Shown: positions 1-9,889 of the stretch, piece by piece
Numbering within the stretch: position 1 is the first letter of the stretch
Layout: each line of letters opens with the position of its first letter
From: Candidatus Omnitrophota bacterium
Lineage (GTDB): Bacteria > Omnitrophota > Gorgyraeia > JAHIPI01
Direction of reading: 5' to 3'
DNA: 38,118 bases
NCBI GenBank assembly: GCA_016931215.1
Contig: JAFGFD010000135.1
Span: 1-38,118, forward strand
Position numbers and translations under genes: made by a program
Notes under the pieces: generated by a model
What the model saw: only the letters and a program-made list of their open reading frames with translations
The model's database searches: none
What the model was told of the DNA's origin: nothing

Positions 1-393
1 AAAATAGCTGTGAAATACATGGCCGTGGAACGTATGTATTATAACAGGGACTCCGGCTAAGATAGCCGCAATCCTTCCTATCGCCCCGGCCTTTGCCGTA
101 TGCGTATGAATTATATCCGGCCTATTCTTCTTCAAATATCTACAAATCTTCCATAACCCTTTTATGTCTTTTACTATATCTACTTCGCGTTGTAATTCCG
201 CTATCAATATAGGCTCTATCCCCTGCTCGGCCACCAGATATGTCATGTCGCCCTCGTTCTCGCATATAGCCCCTGTCAAGAGCGTTGAATCGAACTTATC
301 TCTGTTTAAACCTGTCGTTAAGAGAGCGGCCTGTATGGCCGGCCCACCTATATTCATGCGCGTAATAATTCTTATTACCTTAATCTTTTCCAT
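1..393 (-). CDS. GT4 family glycosyltransferase, N-terminal part (runs off the left edge)
   Basis: Not in the ORF track. Manual translation from ATG 393 gives MEKIKVIRIITRMNIGGPAIQ...PDIIHTHTAKAG...IIHTFHGH, a typical GT4 N-terminal domain, open to base 1. Confidence 0.88.
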   Translation of the reverse strand, partial: MEKIKVIRIITRMNIGGPAIQAALLTTGLNRDKFDSTLLTGAICENEGDMTYLVAEQGIEPILIAELQREVDIVKDIKGLWKICRYLKKNRPDIIHTHTAKAGAIGRIAAILAGVPVIIHTFHGHVFHSYF

Positions 394-1498
394 GGGCGTC
401 AAGCAGTTCTTCGTAAAGCCTTTTGGTATCGGAGACTGTTCTCTTTATATTGAACCTTTCATTTGTGTAAGTCGCGGCATTCCGCGATAAACGGTCCCTT
501 AATGATTTGTCATTGAACAAGATTTCAATGGCCTCGGAAAGCGTCTTACTCTCCCTCGGCGGAACTATCAGACCTGTATCATTATTGGCCAATGCCTCCG
601 TGACACCTCCTACGTCAGTGGCGACGACGGCTAGACCCGCGGCCATCGCTTCCAGGAGGGCATTGGGCAGACCCTCCCAAATCGAAGGCAAGACGAAGAT
701 ATCAGCCGCTTTTAAAAGCCTGTTTACATCGTCCCTTCTTCCCAGCAAAGCTACTCTATCCACCAGGTCCATTTTGGTTATTTGCCTTTCCAATCTTCTT
801 CTTTCCCTGCCCGAACCTGCGATTACAGATTTAAAGTCATAGCCCCTTTGTTTCAATATCCGGAGGGCTTCAAGCAAGTAGATATGCCCCTTTTTTTTCT
901 CGAGGTTACTTACCGTCAATATGAAATAAGTGTCCTGCCCGAGGCCTATTTCTTTTCTCAGGCGCAAATTATCCGCCGTATCATCTTCGGTAAGCTCGAG
1001 CCCATTATAGATAACTTTTATTTTATCTTCTCTGGTCACCCCTTTCTTGACATGTGCCCTTCCGACTTCTCTTGAAACCGCGGTGACTTTACTGACACAA
1101 AAATCGGTCAAACGCAATGACATCTCACGAAATTTACCGCCTATGTTCTCGTTGCGTAACGAGGATATGACAATGGGGACTCCCGATATCCTCGCCGCTA
1201 TTCTACCCAATATGTCCGCGTGAAAGAGGTAATTATGTACTATGTTGGGCCTTTCCGATTTTAGAATCGATATCAAGCGCGGAAGCGAGGCTACAAAACT
1301 GATCTTATTGACACCCAAAGTATAGACCTTCACGCCTTCACTTTCTATCTTTTCCCTCAAAGGCGTGTTGGGGAGCAACGATACAACGAAATGAGAAAAC
1401 CGGCTATCTTCAAAGTTGCGAAGCACTTTAAGCAGCATGTATTCCGCACCGCCTATATCTAAATCTGTTATTATATGAGCCACTTTAACTTGAGCCAC
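380..1498 (-). CDS. GT4 family glycosyltransferase
   Basis: IGGAE N-terminal motif and EGLPNALLEAMAAG (EX7E). Start moved from 1564 to GTG 1498, which has a GAGG SD and avoids a long overlap. Confidence 0.9.
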   Translation of the reverse strand: MAQVKVAHIITDLDIGGAEYMLLKVLRNFEDSRFSHFVVSLLPNTPLREKIESEGVKVYTLGVNKISFVASLPRLISILKSERPNIVHNYLFHADILGRIAARISGVPIVISSLRNENIGGKFREMSLRLTDFCVSKVTAVSREVGRAHVKKGVTREDKIKVIYNGLELTEDDTADNLRLRKEIGLGQDTYFILTVSNLEKKKGHIYLLEALRILKQRGYDFKSVIAGSGRERRRLERQITKMDLVDRVALLGRRDDVNRLLKAADIFVLPSIWEGLPNALLEAMAAGLAVVATDVGGVTEALANNDTGLIVPPRESKTLSEAIEILFNDKSLRDRLSRNAATYTNERFNIKRTVSDTKRLYEELLDAHGKD

Positions 1499-2708
1499 GT
1501 TTATGCCTCTCGAATAAGTCCCGATATAAAAGCATATATCTGTCCGCGATAAGCCCCCAGTCATACGATTCCGCCCTCTTCAGCGCATTTTCCGACAGCC
1601 TTCTTGCCAGGTTTACGTCAGAAAATATCGACGAGATGGACCTGGTCATGCCGTCGATATCGCCCACCCGATTTTTTAGACCATCTTGCCCCTCAATGAC
1701 CATATCATCGACACCCGGGGCATCTGTAGTCACTATCGGAAGTCCGGCCGCCATAGCTTCTATTATAACTTTGGCAAAAAGCTCTATCATCGTAGGATAT
1801 ACGAATATATCGCTTGCCTTATAATAGCGAATAAGCTTAGGAGAAGGTATTACGGGCTCGCCGCTCGCGGCGATCTCCACCTTAAGGTCCTTTGTAATAA
1901 TAAGGTTCTGGACGCCGTGCTTTATTGCCTGGGATTTAATGCTTTCACACCCTTTGCCTATCAACAGCCAGCGGAACAAAAGCCCCTTATCCGACAACCT
2001 CCTGGCGATTTGCGGTATATACAAGAAGCCCTTCTTCGGATGGTTTCTGCCGACCGAGATTATCAATTTAGTCTTATCGTCAATGCCCAATTCTCTTCTT
2101 GTCTTTTCTCTCTCCACTTCAACTCTAAAGGCGCCATAATCCACGCCGTTAGGTATGATATTTATCTTATCGCCTGAGATCCCGAGATCTTTCAGTTCTT
2201 TCGTAAACGAATTATTCGCCGTGATAATAGCGTCGAACTTTTTATAATTCTCTTTAACTGCATTATCAACCTTCCTGTCCAGCCTATAACCGTACTTGAT
2301 GTCGGCGGACATCTGTATGTCTTCTCCGGCACAGCGTAAGATAGACGGGATATTTTCCGCATTGAAATAATCCGCAGAGGCAGCGCCTAAAGGATATCCG
2401 ATGGTGACCTGCCAGATGTCGAAGGAATATCTTCTTTGAATATCGCGCAATACCGCGCCAAGGATCTTTTTACCCAAAGCAAAATTATAAAAAATCAGTT
2501 TATAGATTATAGGATTGATCCGGAGAACATCATAATCATATTTAGTGTCGTACTTCCATTTCTTGCCCGGTGTAATAACAATGGCGCCATGCCCCTTTCC
2601 GGCGACAGACGTAGCGAGTCTGTGCACAAAGACCTGCGCCCCTCCGACGCTGGGAAGATAGTTGGAAATAAGATAAGCTATCTTTAATCTGCTATTATCC
2701 GTCTTCAC
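1485..2708 (-). CDS. GT4 family glycosyltransferase
   Basis: PSVGGAQ, IIPNGVD, VGRNHPKKG, ELFAKVIIEAMAAGLP. Confidence 0.9.
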   Translation of the reverse strand: MKTDNSRLKIAYLISNYLPSVGGAQVFVHRLATSVAGKGHGAIVITPGKKWKYDTKYDYDVLRINPIIYKLIFYNFALGKKILGAVLRDIQRRYSFDIWQVTIGYPLGAASADYFNAENIPSILRCAGEDIQMSADIKYGYRLDRKVDNAVKENYKKFDAIITANNSFTKELKDLGISGDKINIIPNGVDYGAFRVEVEREKTRRELGIDDKTKLIISVGRNHPKKGFLYIPQIARRLSDKGLLFRWLLIGKGCESIKSQAIKHGVQNLIITKDLKVEIAASGEPVIPSPKLIRYYKASDIFVYPTMIELFAKVIIEAMAAGLPIVTTDAPGVDDMVIEGQDGLKNRVGDIDGMTRSISSIFSDVNLARRLSENALKRAESYDWGLIADRYMLLYRDLFERHKRGSS

Positions 2709-3445
2709 ACATACCTTTTTTTCAATATAAATATTGCGCTGGAACAGAGCCCCTTATTCGCGAGCAGCCTCACAGTGGGCACTATTGGAAATTCGGAAGG
2801 CGCATATAACAAAAGCGGGTCGACGGTCATGACCTCGAATCCCCCTTCTTCGAACAGGCCTTTCCAATTTCCTATTTTAAAGGCATTGAAGCAACTCATA
2901 AAGCCCTCACGCCAGCCGTGTCCGACAGGCAAGACCTTCTTCCAGCCGGTTCTTTGCCTCAGGTCCATCTCGGGGCGGTCCCCGCGTCTGGCCTTTCTGC
3001 TTTTCTTGAATAACTTTCCCAGGGCGTTATAGGCCTGCGCGGGTATCGACAACAAAAGCCATATGTTGGTCGGTACGGCAAAAGCATATACGCAGTCGCC
3101 TCTCCCTATCCTTTTAAGTTCCGCAAAGGCTTTTTTAACATCCTCGATATGTTCTAAAACATGGTTCGAAAAGACCAGATCAAAGCTATCCGATGCAAAC
3201 GGGGCGTCCTTTATGTCGCATACAACATGTGCCGTGCCATTTTCTGACCTCTCGCTGACATATATATCGGAAGTTATGACATTCCCGAGTCTCTTCAAAT
3301 ACGGGATCTGATATCCGTCACCCGAGCCGAACTCGAGTATTTGGATCCTTGTGCCTGTCTTCAAAAAGGGCTTGATCGCTCCGATTGCAAAATTCATCTC
3401 GGCCTTTCTCTTTCTCTCCCTATGTGCTGTTTCAAAATTTAGCAT
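2705..3445 (-). CDS. Class I SAM-dependent methyltransferase
   Basis: ILEFGSGDG (motif I) and FDLVFSNHVLEH; lies within the glycan cluster. Confidence 0.85.
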   Translation of the reverse strand: MLNFETAHRERKRKAEMNFAIGAIKPFLKTGTRIQILEFGSGDGYQIPYLKRLGNVITSDIYVSERSENGTAHVVCDIKDAPFASDSFDLVFSNHVLEHIEDVKKAFAELKRIGRGDCVYAFAVPTNIWLLLSIPAQAYNALGKLFKKSRKARRGDRPEMDLRQRTGWKKVLPVGHGWREGFMSCFNAFKIGNWKGLFEEGGFEVMTVDPLLLYAPSEFPIVPTVRLLANKGLCSSAIFILKKRYV

Positions 3446-3460
3446 AATCCCAAAAGCCGT

Positions 3461-4570
3461 TCATGAATCAATCATGGTAAGCAATCTCTCGCAAAATTCC
3501 GACCGGCCCCCTCCATAAAGATAATATCTATACCTATCCTGTGCCTTTTTGCTGACGTATTCCAATCTCGCGCGATCTCTCAAGACGCACGATAGTTTAT
3601 CGACCAGATCTTCCAGCCCCCAAGAAAAAGAAATATAAGTCTCTCCATCGTCATATAAATGCGGCCAAGTCTCCATGTGGGACATATCCTGCTTAAAAAG
3701 TAATGCCCCCTGTATTATAATGTCGAAATCGCGGCAACTTATCTCGCCCCAGCCAAAAGGGCTGACGGCAACTTTTGTGTCGGCCAATTCCTTTAAATAG
3801 CGACTTCTTCTCACCTTTTGAGTCTTGACATCAAACTCTATTCTTAAAATATCGCTGATAACCTGCCTCTGATATCTTACGGTATCTCTCGAATGAGACA
3901 GTCCCAGCCTGCCGTTTATGTCTATCGACCTATTGCTAAGACAATCTGCAAATCTCACAGTGTAATCGGTCTTTAAAAGCAGGCCGCATCTCATGCGGCC
4001 GACCCATTCATCGTAGATATAGTTGTACCTACCCCATTCATTCAAGGCGCTGTTCCACGACACTCCGAGCTTATATTCAAACTCCTCTCTAAGAGGTGTC
4101 TCTACCGAAACACTCCCGGATGCATCGGACTCGCCCTTATCTGTAATATTAAATTTATTTTTGTAAAAATCCGTATAAATTCTGTTTCCATAGAAAGAAC
4201 GCCTGTAGAGCGATTTATCCTTCAGGATCTGGCTCTTATAATACCCGTCCACGTACGGCAAAATGTTAAACTGTGTCGTACCCGTACTGTCATTCGTGTC
4301 GAACCACAATATCTTGCCCGTCTTTTTTCTGAAAGAAGACAGCAGGTCATAAAGCTGACCGTACCTCCCGCTGTGCCATGTTTTGAAAAATTTACTGTTT
4401 ATAAACAAAATATCGCAGTCGCCTATCTTCTTGGAAAGCGAGTCAAAAAAATTGATACTTATTCCCTTTTCATCGAAAAAATCCTTGTTTATCAACAGCG
4501 GGTAGTTCAATGCATGGGAATTGGGCGATCTATATTCCGTCAATACAAATAAACGTCTTTTATCCTTCAT
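3461..4570 (-). CDS. Hypothetical protein, probable GT-B fold glycosyltransferase-like
   Basis: 369-aa ORF. The C-terminal SPFGWGEISCRDFD...ETYI segment resembles Glyco_trans_1_2-like domains; operon context agrees. Confidence 0.55.
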   Translation of the reverse strand: MKDKRRLFVLTEYRSPNSHALNYPLLINKDFFDEKGISINFFDSLSKKIGDCDILFINSKFFKTWHSGRYGQLYDLLSSFRKKTGKILWFDTNDSTGTTQFNILPYVDGYYKSQILKDKSLYRRSFYGNRIYTDFYKNKFNITDKGESDASGSVSVETPLREEFEYKLGVSWNSALNEWGRYNYIYDEWVGRMRCGLLLKTDYTVRFADCLSNRSIDINGRLGLSHSRDTVRYQRQVISDILRIEFDVKTQKVRRSRYLKELADTKVAVSPFGWGEISCRDFDIIIQGALLFKQDMSHMETWPHLYDDGETYISFSWGLEDLVDKLSCVLRDRARLEYVSKKAQDRYRYYLYGGGRSEFCERLLTMIDS

Positions 4571-4658
4571 ATTAGCGATAAATCAGGTTGGGGCCCGTTC
4601 TACATTGGGCGTTTTGGTGCTTCCCTCCGGGCATCATTCGATTTCGCCCGCTATTGAC

Positions 4659-5774
4659 TCAATTGCAGGCCTTCAGGCCCTTTTTTAATTTATCGATGAC
4701 ATACCTTTGTTCGTCATCTTTAATCTCGGGAAACAGGGGTAACGCCAATGTCTCGGTCGATGCCGCCTCGGCTTCGGGAAAATCGCCTTTTTTATACCCC
4801 AAGTCTTTGTAGCACTCCTGTAGATGGACCGGCAGCGGATAATATACCCTCGATTCTATCCCGTTATCGTTTAGAAACTTCATAAGCCCGTCTCTCTTTC
4901 GCTTCTCGACCCTGATTATGTAAAGATGATATACATGTCTGCCTTTATTCGCTTCCGATGGTGTCTCTACGAGCCCCTTCAGTTCCTCGTCATATCTCTT
5001 CGCTACCCTTCGCCTTCTTTCATTCCAATCGTCAAGCTTCTTGAGTTTTACAGTAAGGATGGTCGCCTGTAGATTATCCAATCTTGAATTAAAGCCGATT
5101 ATGGAATGATGGTATTTCTCGCTGGTTCCGTGCACTCTCAGCAAACGAAGTTTTTTATAGAGCCCTCCGTCATTGACGAGAATCATGCCGCCGTCTCCAA
5201 ACGCGCCGAGATTTTTACTCGGGAAAAAGCTTAAACAGCCCGCGTCGCCGAATGAGCCGACTTTTTTGTCATTATATGTCGCCCCGATTGCCTGCGCTGT
5301 GTCTTCTATTACCTTGAGATTATGCCTCCCGGCGATATCCATTATCCGATCCATGTCACACGGGTTTCCGAAAAGATGAACGGGGATTATTGCCTTGGTA
5401 CGAGGCGTAACCGCTTCCTCTATCTTACCGGGATCTATATTGTATGTATCTCTGTCGATATCGGCAAATACGGGCCTTGCTCCTACTCTTGAGATGGATT
5501 CCGCTGTAGCGATAAATGTAGCCGGCGTCGTGATGACTTCATCTCCTTTGCCTATGCCCAGGGCGGTGAGCGCCAAAATGAGCGCTTCCGTGCCCGAGCC
5601 AACTCCTACGGCGTATCGAGCGTCGCAGTAGGCGGCTATCTCTCTTTCAAAAATCTCAGTCTCTTTACCGAGAATAAATTTACTGGAACTGGCGATCTCG
5701 GTTATAGCGTCATCGATCTTTGTTTTTAACTGATCGTATTGAACCTGTATGTTCATTAAAGGGACTTTCATCAA
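4659..5774 (-). CDS. DegT/DnrJ/EryC1/StrS PLP-dependent sugar aminotransferase (WbpE-like)
   Basis: SGTEAL, IEDTAQA, SFFPSKNLGAFGDGG (PLP lysine), NSRLD; the start may be the second ATG at 5771. Confidence 0.93.
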   Translation of the reverse strand: MMKVPLMNIQVQYDQLKTKIDDAITEIASSSKFILGKETEIFEREIAAYCDARYAVGVGSGTEALILALTALGIGKGDEVITTPATFIATAESISRVGARPVFADIDRDTYNIDPGKIEEAVTPRTKAIIPVHLFGNPCDMDRIMDIAGRHNLKVIEDTAQAIGATYNDKKVGSFGDAGCLSFFPSKNLGAFGDGGMILVNDGGLYKKLRLLRVHGTSEKYHHSIIGFNSRLDNLQATILTVKLKKLDDWNERRRRVAKRYDEELKGLVETPSEANKGRHVYHLYIIRVEKRKRDGLMKFLNDNGIESRVYYPLPVHLQECYKDLGYKKGDFPEAEAASTETLALPLFPEIKDDEQRYVIDKLKKGLKACN

Positions 5775-5798
5775 CTTCTCCTTGATTTAACGGTTGCA

Positions 5799-5854
5799 AG
5801 GGATCAGGCCTTCATTCTTTAAAAAACGTGTCTAAACGTGAAGACCTGATCCCT
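5799..5854. repeat. REP-like intergenic palindrome with 16-bp arms
   Basis: agggatcaggccttca (5799-5814) and tgaagacctgatccct (5839-5854); the one mismatch is a G-U pair in the minus-strand RNA. Confidence 0.8.
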
Positions 5855-5857
5855 ATC

Positions 5858-6631
5858 TTATTTTCTTACATCACAGGGAAGGACATCCTTCCACTTCTTT
5901 TTAAATATCGCGCTGTTTCTATTATACAGCTTGAGGTCATTCGGTACTAAATCCTTATAAAAATCCGATCTCCTCGTAGTCCCGCCGTTGCCGACATGGA
6001 ATCCGAGTACATTCACGGCAACATTTCTATAGCCAGCCTTGAGGCTAGACAGAGAAAAGTCCATGTCGTAAAAATGCATCATTCCGTATGTCTCGTCCAG
6101 AATGCCTATCTTCTCTACAAAACTCTTTGCAAAAACAAAGCACATGCCGTCGCAAACGGCTATATCCGCCACCTCTTCTTTCATGGGCGGATTCAGGCCT
6201 ATACTCAAAAGATTGTGCTTTAGCGTGTCCTCGTCACAGGAACAATTTTTGCGTATATACTGCCTGCCGGCTAAACACGCTATGCCTATGGACGGATCTT
6301 TCTTCATTATCGATACAATCTTACCGAGCCAACCTTTTTCAAATATGACGACATCATTATGCATCTGGCAAATATAGTCATATTTGCTTTGCCTTATCCC
6401 CTGGTTTACCGCGAGGATAGGGCCAAGATTAGCATCATTGCGAATATAGTTAATATCCAGCTCTCTTGACAGGTCCTTAATGTATTCCTGGGTACCGTCC
6501 GTCGAGCCGTTATCAACTATCACCAACTCAAAAGGAACAACGGTATTCTTCACTATATAATCCAAGCACAATCTTGTAAAGCCAAGCATATTGCATACGG
6601 CTATTACTATGCTAACGCCATCATTTTTCAT
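5858..6631 (-). CDS. GT2 family glycosyltransferase
   Basis: VSIVIAV, IVDNGSTDGT, ANLG...NQG, YDMDFS. Confidence 0.88.
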   Translation of the reverse strand: MKNDGVSIVIAVCNMLGFTRLCLDYIVKNTVVPFELVIVDNGSTDGTQEYIKDLSRELDINYIRNDANLGPILAVNQGIRQSKYDYICQMHNDVVIFEKGWLGKIVSIMKKDPSIGIACLAGRQYIRKNCSCDEDTLKHNLLSIGLNPPMKEEVADIAVCDGMCFVFAKSFVEKIGILDETYGMMHFYDMDFSLSSLKAGYRNVAVNVLGFHVGNGGTTRRSDFYKDLVPNDLKLYNRNSAIFKKKWKDVLPCDVRK

Positions 6632-6669
6632 GTTATTGATTTAACCTCGTCATCTACCGTGGGATTAGA

Positions 6670-7599
6670 TCATTTCTTCCTAAACCAATCGATAGCAAGT
6701 CTTAAACCGTCATCCAGCGGTATCTCGGGCGACCAGTTCAACTCTCTTTTGGCCAGGGTCGTATCAGGCTTCCTGGTCTTGGGATCGTCTATGGGCAGTT
6801 TTCTGTATTCTATACTGCTTTTAGACCCCGATAATTTTATGATTTTTTCAGCTATCTCCAACACGCTGATCTCGTTCGGATTGCCTATATTGACCGGTGA
6901 ACTAAGATTTGAACCCATCAAGTTGTAAATTCCCCGGATCGTGTCCGTTATATAACAAAAACTCCTTGTCTGCCTACCGTCTCCGAAGACCGTCAAAGGC
7001 TCGTCCTTCAATGCCTGTTCTATAAAAGTCGGTATGGCCCTCCCGTCGGATCTTCTCATCTTCGGGCCGTAGGTATTGAAGATGCGCGCGATCTTGACGT
7101 CAAGATTATGCGTGTGATGATAGGCCATGGTAAGGGCTTCGGCGAATCTCTTGCTCTCATCGTACACTCCGCGCGGACCGATGTGGTTTACATTACCCCA
7201 ATAACTCTCCGGTTGAGGGTGAACCTGAGGGTCGCCGTAGACTTCGCTTGTAGAAGCCAATAAGAACTTTGCATCATTCGCCTTAGCTACGCCGAGGGCA
7301 TTATGCGTACCGAGTGAACCGACTTTTAATGTCTGTATTGGATATTTATTATAATCGACGGGGCTCGCGGGAGATGCGAAATGCAAGACGTAATCCAATT
7401 TTTTTTCTATACCAATATATTTAGTCACGTCCTGCTTTATGAACTCAAACCTTTTTCTCTTTAGAAGATCCGTTATATTGTCAAGGTCGCCGGTAATCAA
7501 ATTGTCCATACATATGATTTCATATTCTTTGTCATGCAGATAATGACAAAGATGGCTTCCTATGAATCCCGCTCCGCCCGTTATCAAGACTCTTTTCAT
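6670..7599 (-). CDS. UDP-glucuronic acid decarboxylase (UDP-xylose synthase family)
   Basis: [40 protein letters not shown]. Confidence 0.9.
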   Translation of the reverse strand: MKRVLITGGAGFIGSHLCHYLHDKEYEIICMDNLITGDLDNITDLLKRKRFEFIKQDVTKYIGIEKKLDYVLHFASPASPVDYNKYPIQTLKVGSLGTHNALGVAKANDAKFLLASTSEVYGDPQVHPQPESYWGNVNHIGPRGVYDESKRFAEALTMAYHHTHNLDVKIARIFNTYGPKMRRSDGRAIPTFIEQALKDEPLTVFGDGRQTRSFCYITDTIRGIYNLMGSNLSSPVNIGNPNEISVLEIAEKIIKLSGSKSSIEYRKLPIDDPKTRKPDTTLAKRELNWSPEIPLDDGLRLAIDWFRKK

Positions 7600-7623
7600 C
7601 TAATCGCCTTTTCTTTTCGCGAC

Positions 7624-8568
7624 TTATAAAGTAACTTTTGACGACTGAAACCACTCTAAAGTCTTTTTGAGACCGTCGTCAAAATTTACTCTTGGGGATA
7701 TCTTAAGTATATTCTTCATCCTCGAGATATCGGCCAATGTCTTTTGTACGTCACCCTGCCTGGAAGGTGCAAACTCCGGCTTTATATGTTTATTCATGTA
7801 TCTGTTTAACTGCTCAATGATATATACTACGGAGTGAGTAGTCCCGCAAGCCACATTAAAGACTTCTCCGGCTGCGCCTTTTGCCTTGGCCGCTGCGAGA
7901 TTGGCATCCACCACATTATCTACATACGTAAAATCTCTCGTTTGAGTGCCGTCGCCTTCGATGATAGGGGCTTCTCCGGAGAGCATTCTGAATATGAAGA
8001 TCGGCACAACAGCCGAATATTTGGACTCCGGATTCTGCCTGGGTCCGAATACGTTAAAATACCTAAGGCTTGCCACTTCGAGGCCGAAAGTCCTGGTATA
8101 GGTATAACCGTAATATTCTCCCGTGAGTTTAGAAACAGCGTACGGAGAAATCGGCAAAGGGCAATACTCCTCTTTCTCCGGAAATTTATCGCAGTCCCCG
8201 TATACCGAACTCGAGGATGCATATACAACCCTCTTGACACCCGCTTCTCTAGACGCCATAAAAACATTCAAGGTGCCGCTTACATTAATATCGTTGGTAA
8301 GGCTCGGATCATCGACGGATTTAGGCACGCTCCTAAGGGCGGCCTGATGCAGAACAAAGTCAATTCCCTTGACGGCCTTCTTAACGGCATCGGGATCCCG
8401 TATGTCCTTTTCTATCAGCTCGATATCATCCATGAAAGGGGCTATGTGCTCGCGTTTGCCGGTTATGAAACTGTCCATAACCCGGACCGAGTGGCCTTCC
8501 TTAAGCAATCTTTCGACTATATTTGAACCTATGAAACCTGCGCCTCCCGTAACAAGGTATTTCTCCAT
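7624..8568 (-). CDS. NAD-dependent epimerase/dehydratase (WbpP-like UDP-GlcNAc(A) 4-epimerase)
   Basis: GGAGFIG, HQAALRSVPKS, SSSSVYG, YAVSK, YFNVFGPRQ. Confidence 0.85.
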   Translation of the reverse strand: MEKYLVTGGAGFIGSNIVERLLKEGHSVRVMDSFITGKREHIAPFMDDIELIEKDIRDPDAVKKAVKGIDFVLHQAALRSVPKSVDDPSLTNDINVSGTLNVFMASREAGVKRVVYASSSSVYGDCDKFPEKEEYCPLPISPYAVSKLTGEYYGYTYTRTFGLEVASLRYFNVFGPRQNPESKYSAVVPIFIFRMLSGEAPIIEGDGTQTRDFTYVDNVVDANLAAAKAKGAAGEVFNVACGTTHSVVYIIEQLNRYMNKHIKPEFAPSRQGDVQKTLADISRMKNILKISPRVNFDDGLKKTLEWFQSSKVTL

Positions 8569-8581
8569 AATAACTCCTGTT

Positions 8582-9889
8582 TTAAAGCCTAATAATCTTC
8601 TTTGACACTATGCCTCTTTGTTTAAAGGCGTTTCTGGTGTCAAAAATCAATTTAGCGTCATTCTTAAGCTGTTTATAATCAAGTGAGCTATGGTCGGTAG
8701 CCAAAATAACACAATCCTGTTTCTTTAAAATATCATCCGTAATGCATAAAGATTTGAAAGTATGGCCGTCGACCCTCACCGTCGGGATATAAGGATCGTG
8801 GTATGAAACCTCGGCTTCTTCTTCTCGGAACAATCTCAATATCTCGAAAGAAGGCGATTCCCGCGTGTCATTTATATCTTTCTTATACGTAACGCCTAAT
8901 ATTAGTATCTTGCACCCCTTGACCGGCTTACGTTTTTTGTTGAGTGCGCTTATTACCCGATTCACTACGTACCTCGGCATCGAAGAATTTATGTTGTCGG
9001 CGATCTCTATAAACCTAGAATTGAAACCGTGTAAACTCGCCTTCCAAGACAGGTAGAGAGGGTCTATATTTATACAATGGCCCCCGATTCCGGGGCCAGG
9101 GTAAAACGGCATAAATCCGAAAGGCTTGGTCTTGGCAGCATCTATCACTTCCCAGACGTCGATGTGTAATGCTTCGCACATAAGGGCGAGTTCGTTTACA
9201 AGGCCTATATTGACACTTCTGAAGGTATTTTCCAGAAGTTTCGCCATCTCTGCCACTTTACTGGACGTCACCGGTATGACCTCTTCGACTATCTTCGAGT
9301 AAAGCTCTCTAGTCAGCATGGTGGATTTTCTCGTCACGCCGCCAACGACCTTCGGAATATTACTTGTAGTGTATGTCTTATTCCTCGGGTCGACGCGTTC
9401 CGGCGAAAACGCCAAAAAGAAATCCACGTCCTTTTTAAAACCGTCTTCCTCGAACTTGGGCAGAAGCATCTCCTCGGTGGTTCCGGGATAAGTCGTGCTT
9501 TCCAACACATAGAGCTGTCCCCGCTTTCTATTTTTAATGATATTTTTTATCGCCGACATTATGAAAGAGATGTCCGGCTCTTTCGTCTTTGACAGAGGCG
9601 TGGGCACGCATATAATAATGACATCCAACTGCTTGACTACGGAATAGTCGACGGTTGCGTCCAAAAACTTATTCGCGGTAAGTTCGGCGATGGTTTTCGT
9701 CGGGATATCCATAATATAGGACTTACCGTTTTTAATAGACTTGACTCTTTTTTGGCTGGTGTCTATCCCAGTAACTTCGAATTTCTGCTCCGCAAATAAA
9801 ACCGCCAGGGGTAACCCGACGTACCCCAAGCCTATGACTCCTATCTTGGCAGATTTATTAGCAATCTTACCCTTTATTTCCTTGTACAT
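8582..9889 (-). CDS. Nucleotide-sugar 6-dehydrogenase (WbpA/WbpO-like UDP-HexNAc dehydrogenase)
   Basis: GLGYVGLP, ESTTYPGTT, KLLENTFR, GPGIGGHCI, RESP. Confidence 0.9.
   Translation of the reverse strand: MYKEIKGKIANKSAKIGVIGLGYVGLPLAVLFAEQKFEVTGIDTSQKRVKSIKNGKSYIMDIPTKTIAELTANKFLDATVDYSVVKQLDVIIICVPTPLSKTKEPDISFIMSAIKNIIKNRKRGQLYVLESTTYPGTTEEMLLPKFEEDGFKKDVDFFLAFSPERVDPRNKTYTTSNIPKVVGGVTRKSTMLTRELYSKIVEEVIPVTSSKVAEMAKLLENTFRSVNIGLVNELALMCEALHIDVWEVIDAAKTKPFGFMPFYPGPGIGGHCINIDPLYLSWKASLHGFNSRFIEIADNINSSMPRYVVNRVISALNKKRKPVKGCKILILGVTYKKDINDTRESPSFEILRLFREEEAEVSYHDPYIPTVRVDGHTFKSLCITDDILKKQDCVILATDHSSLDYKQLKNDAKLIFDTRNAFKQRGIVSKKIIRL

Noticed and set aside
5779-5830. Resemblance of tgatttaacggttgcaag to the SAM-II riboswitch 5' half
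   Set aside because: It is on the strand antisense to the operon and lacks the 3' AAAU...GCUAAA pseudoknot strand.
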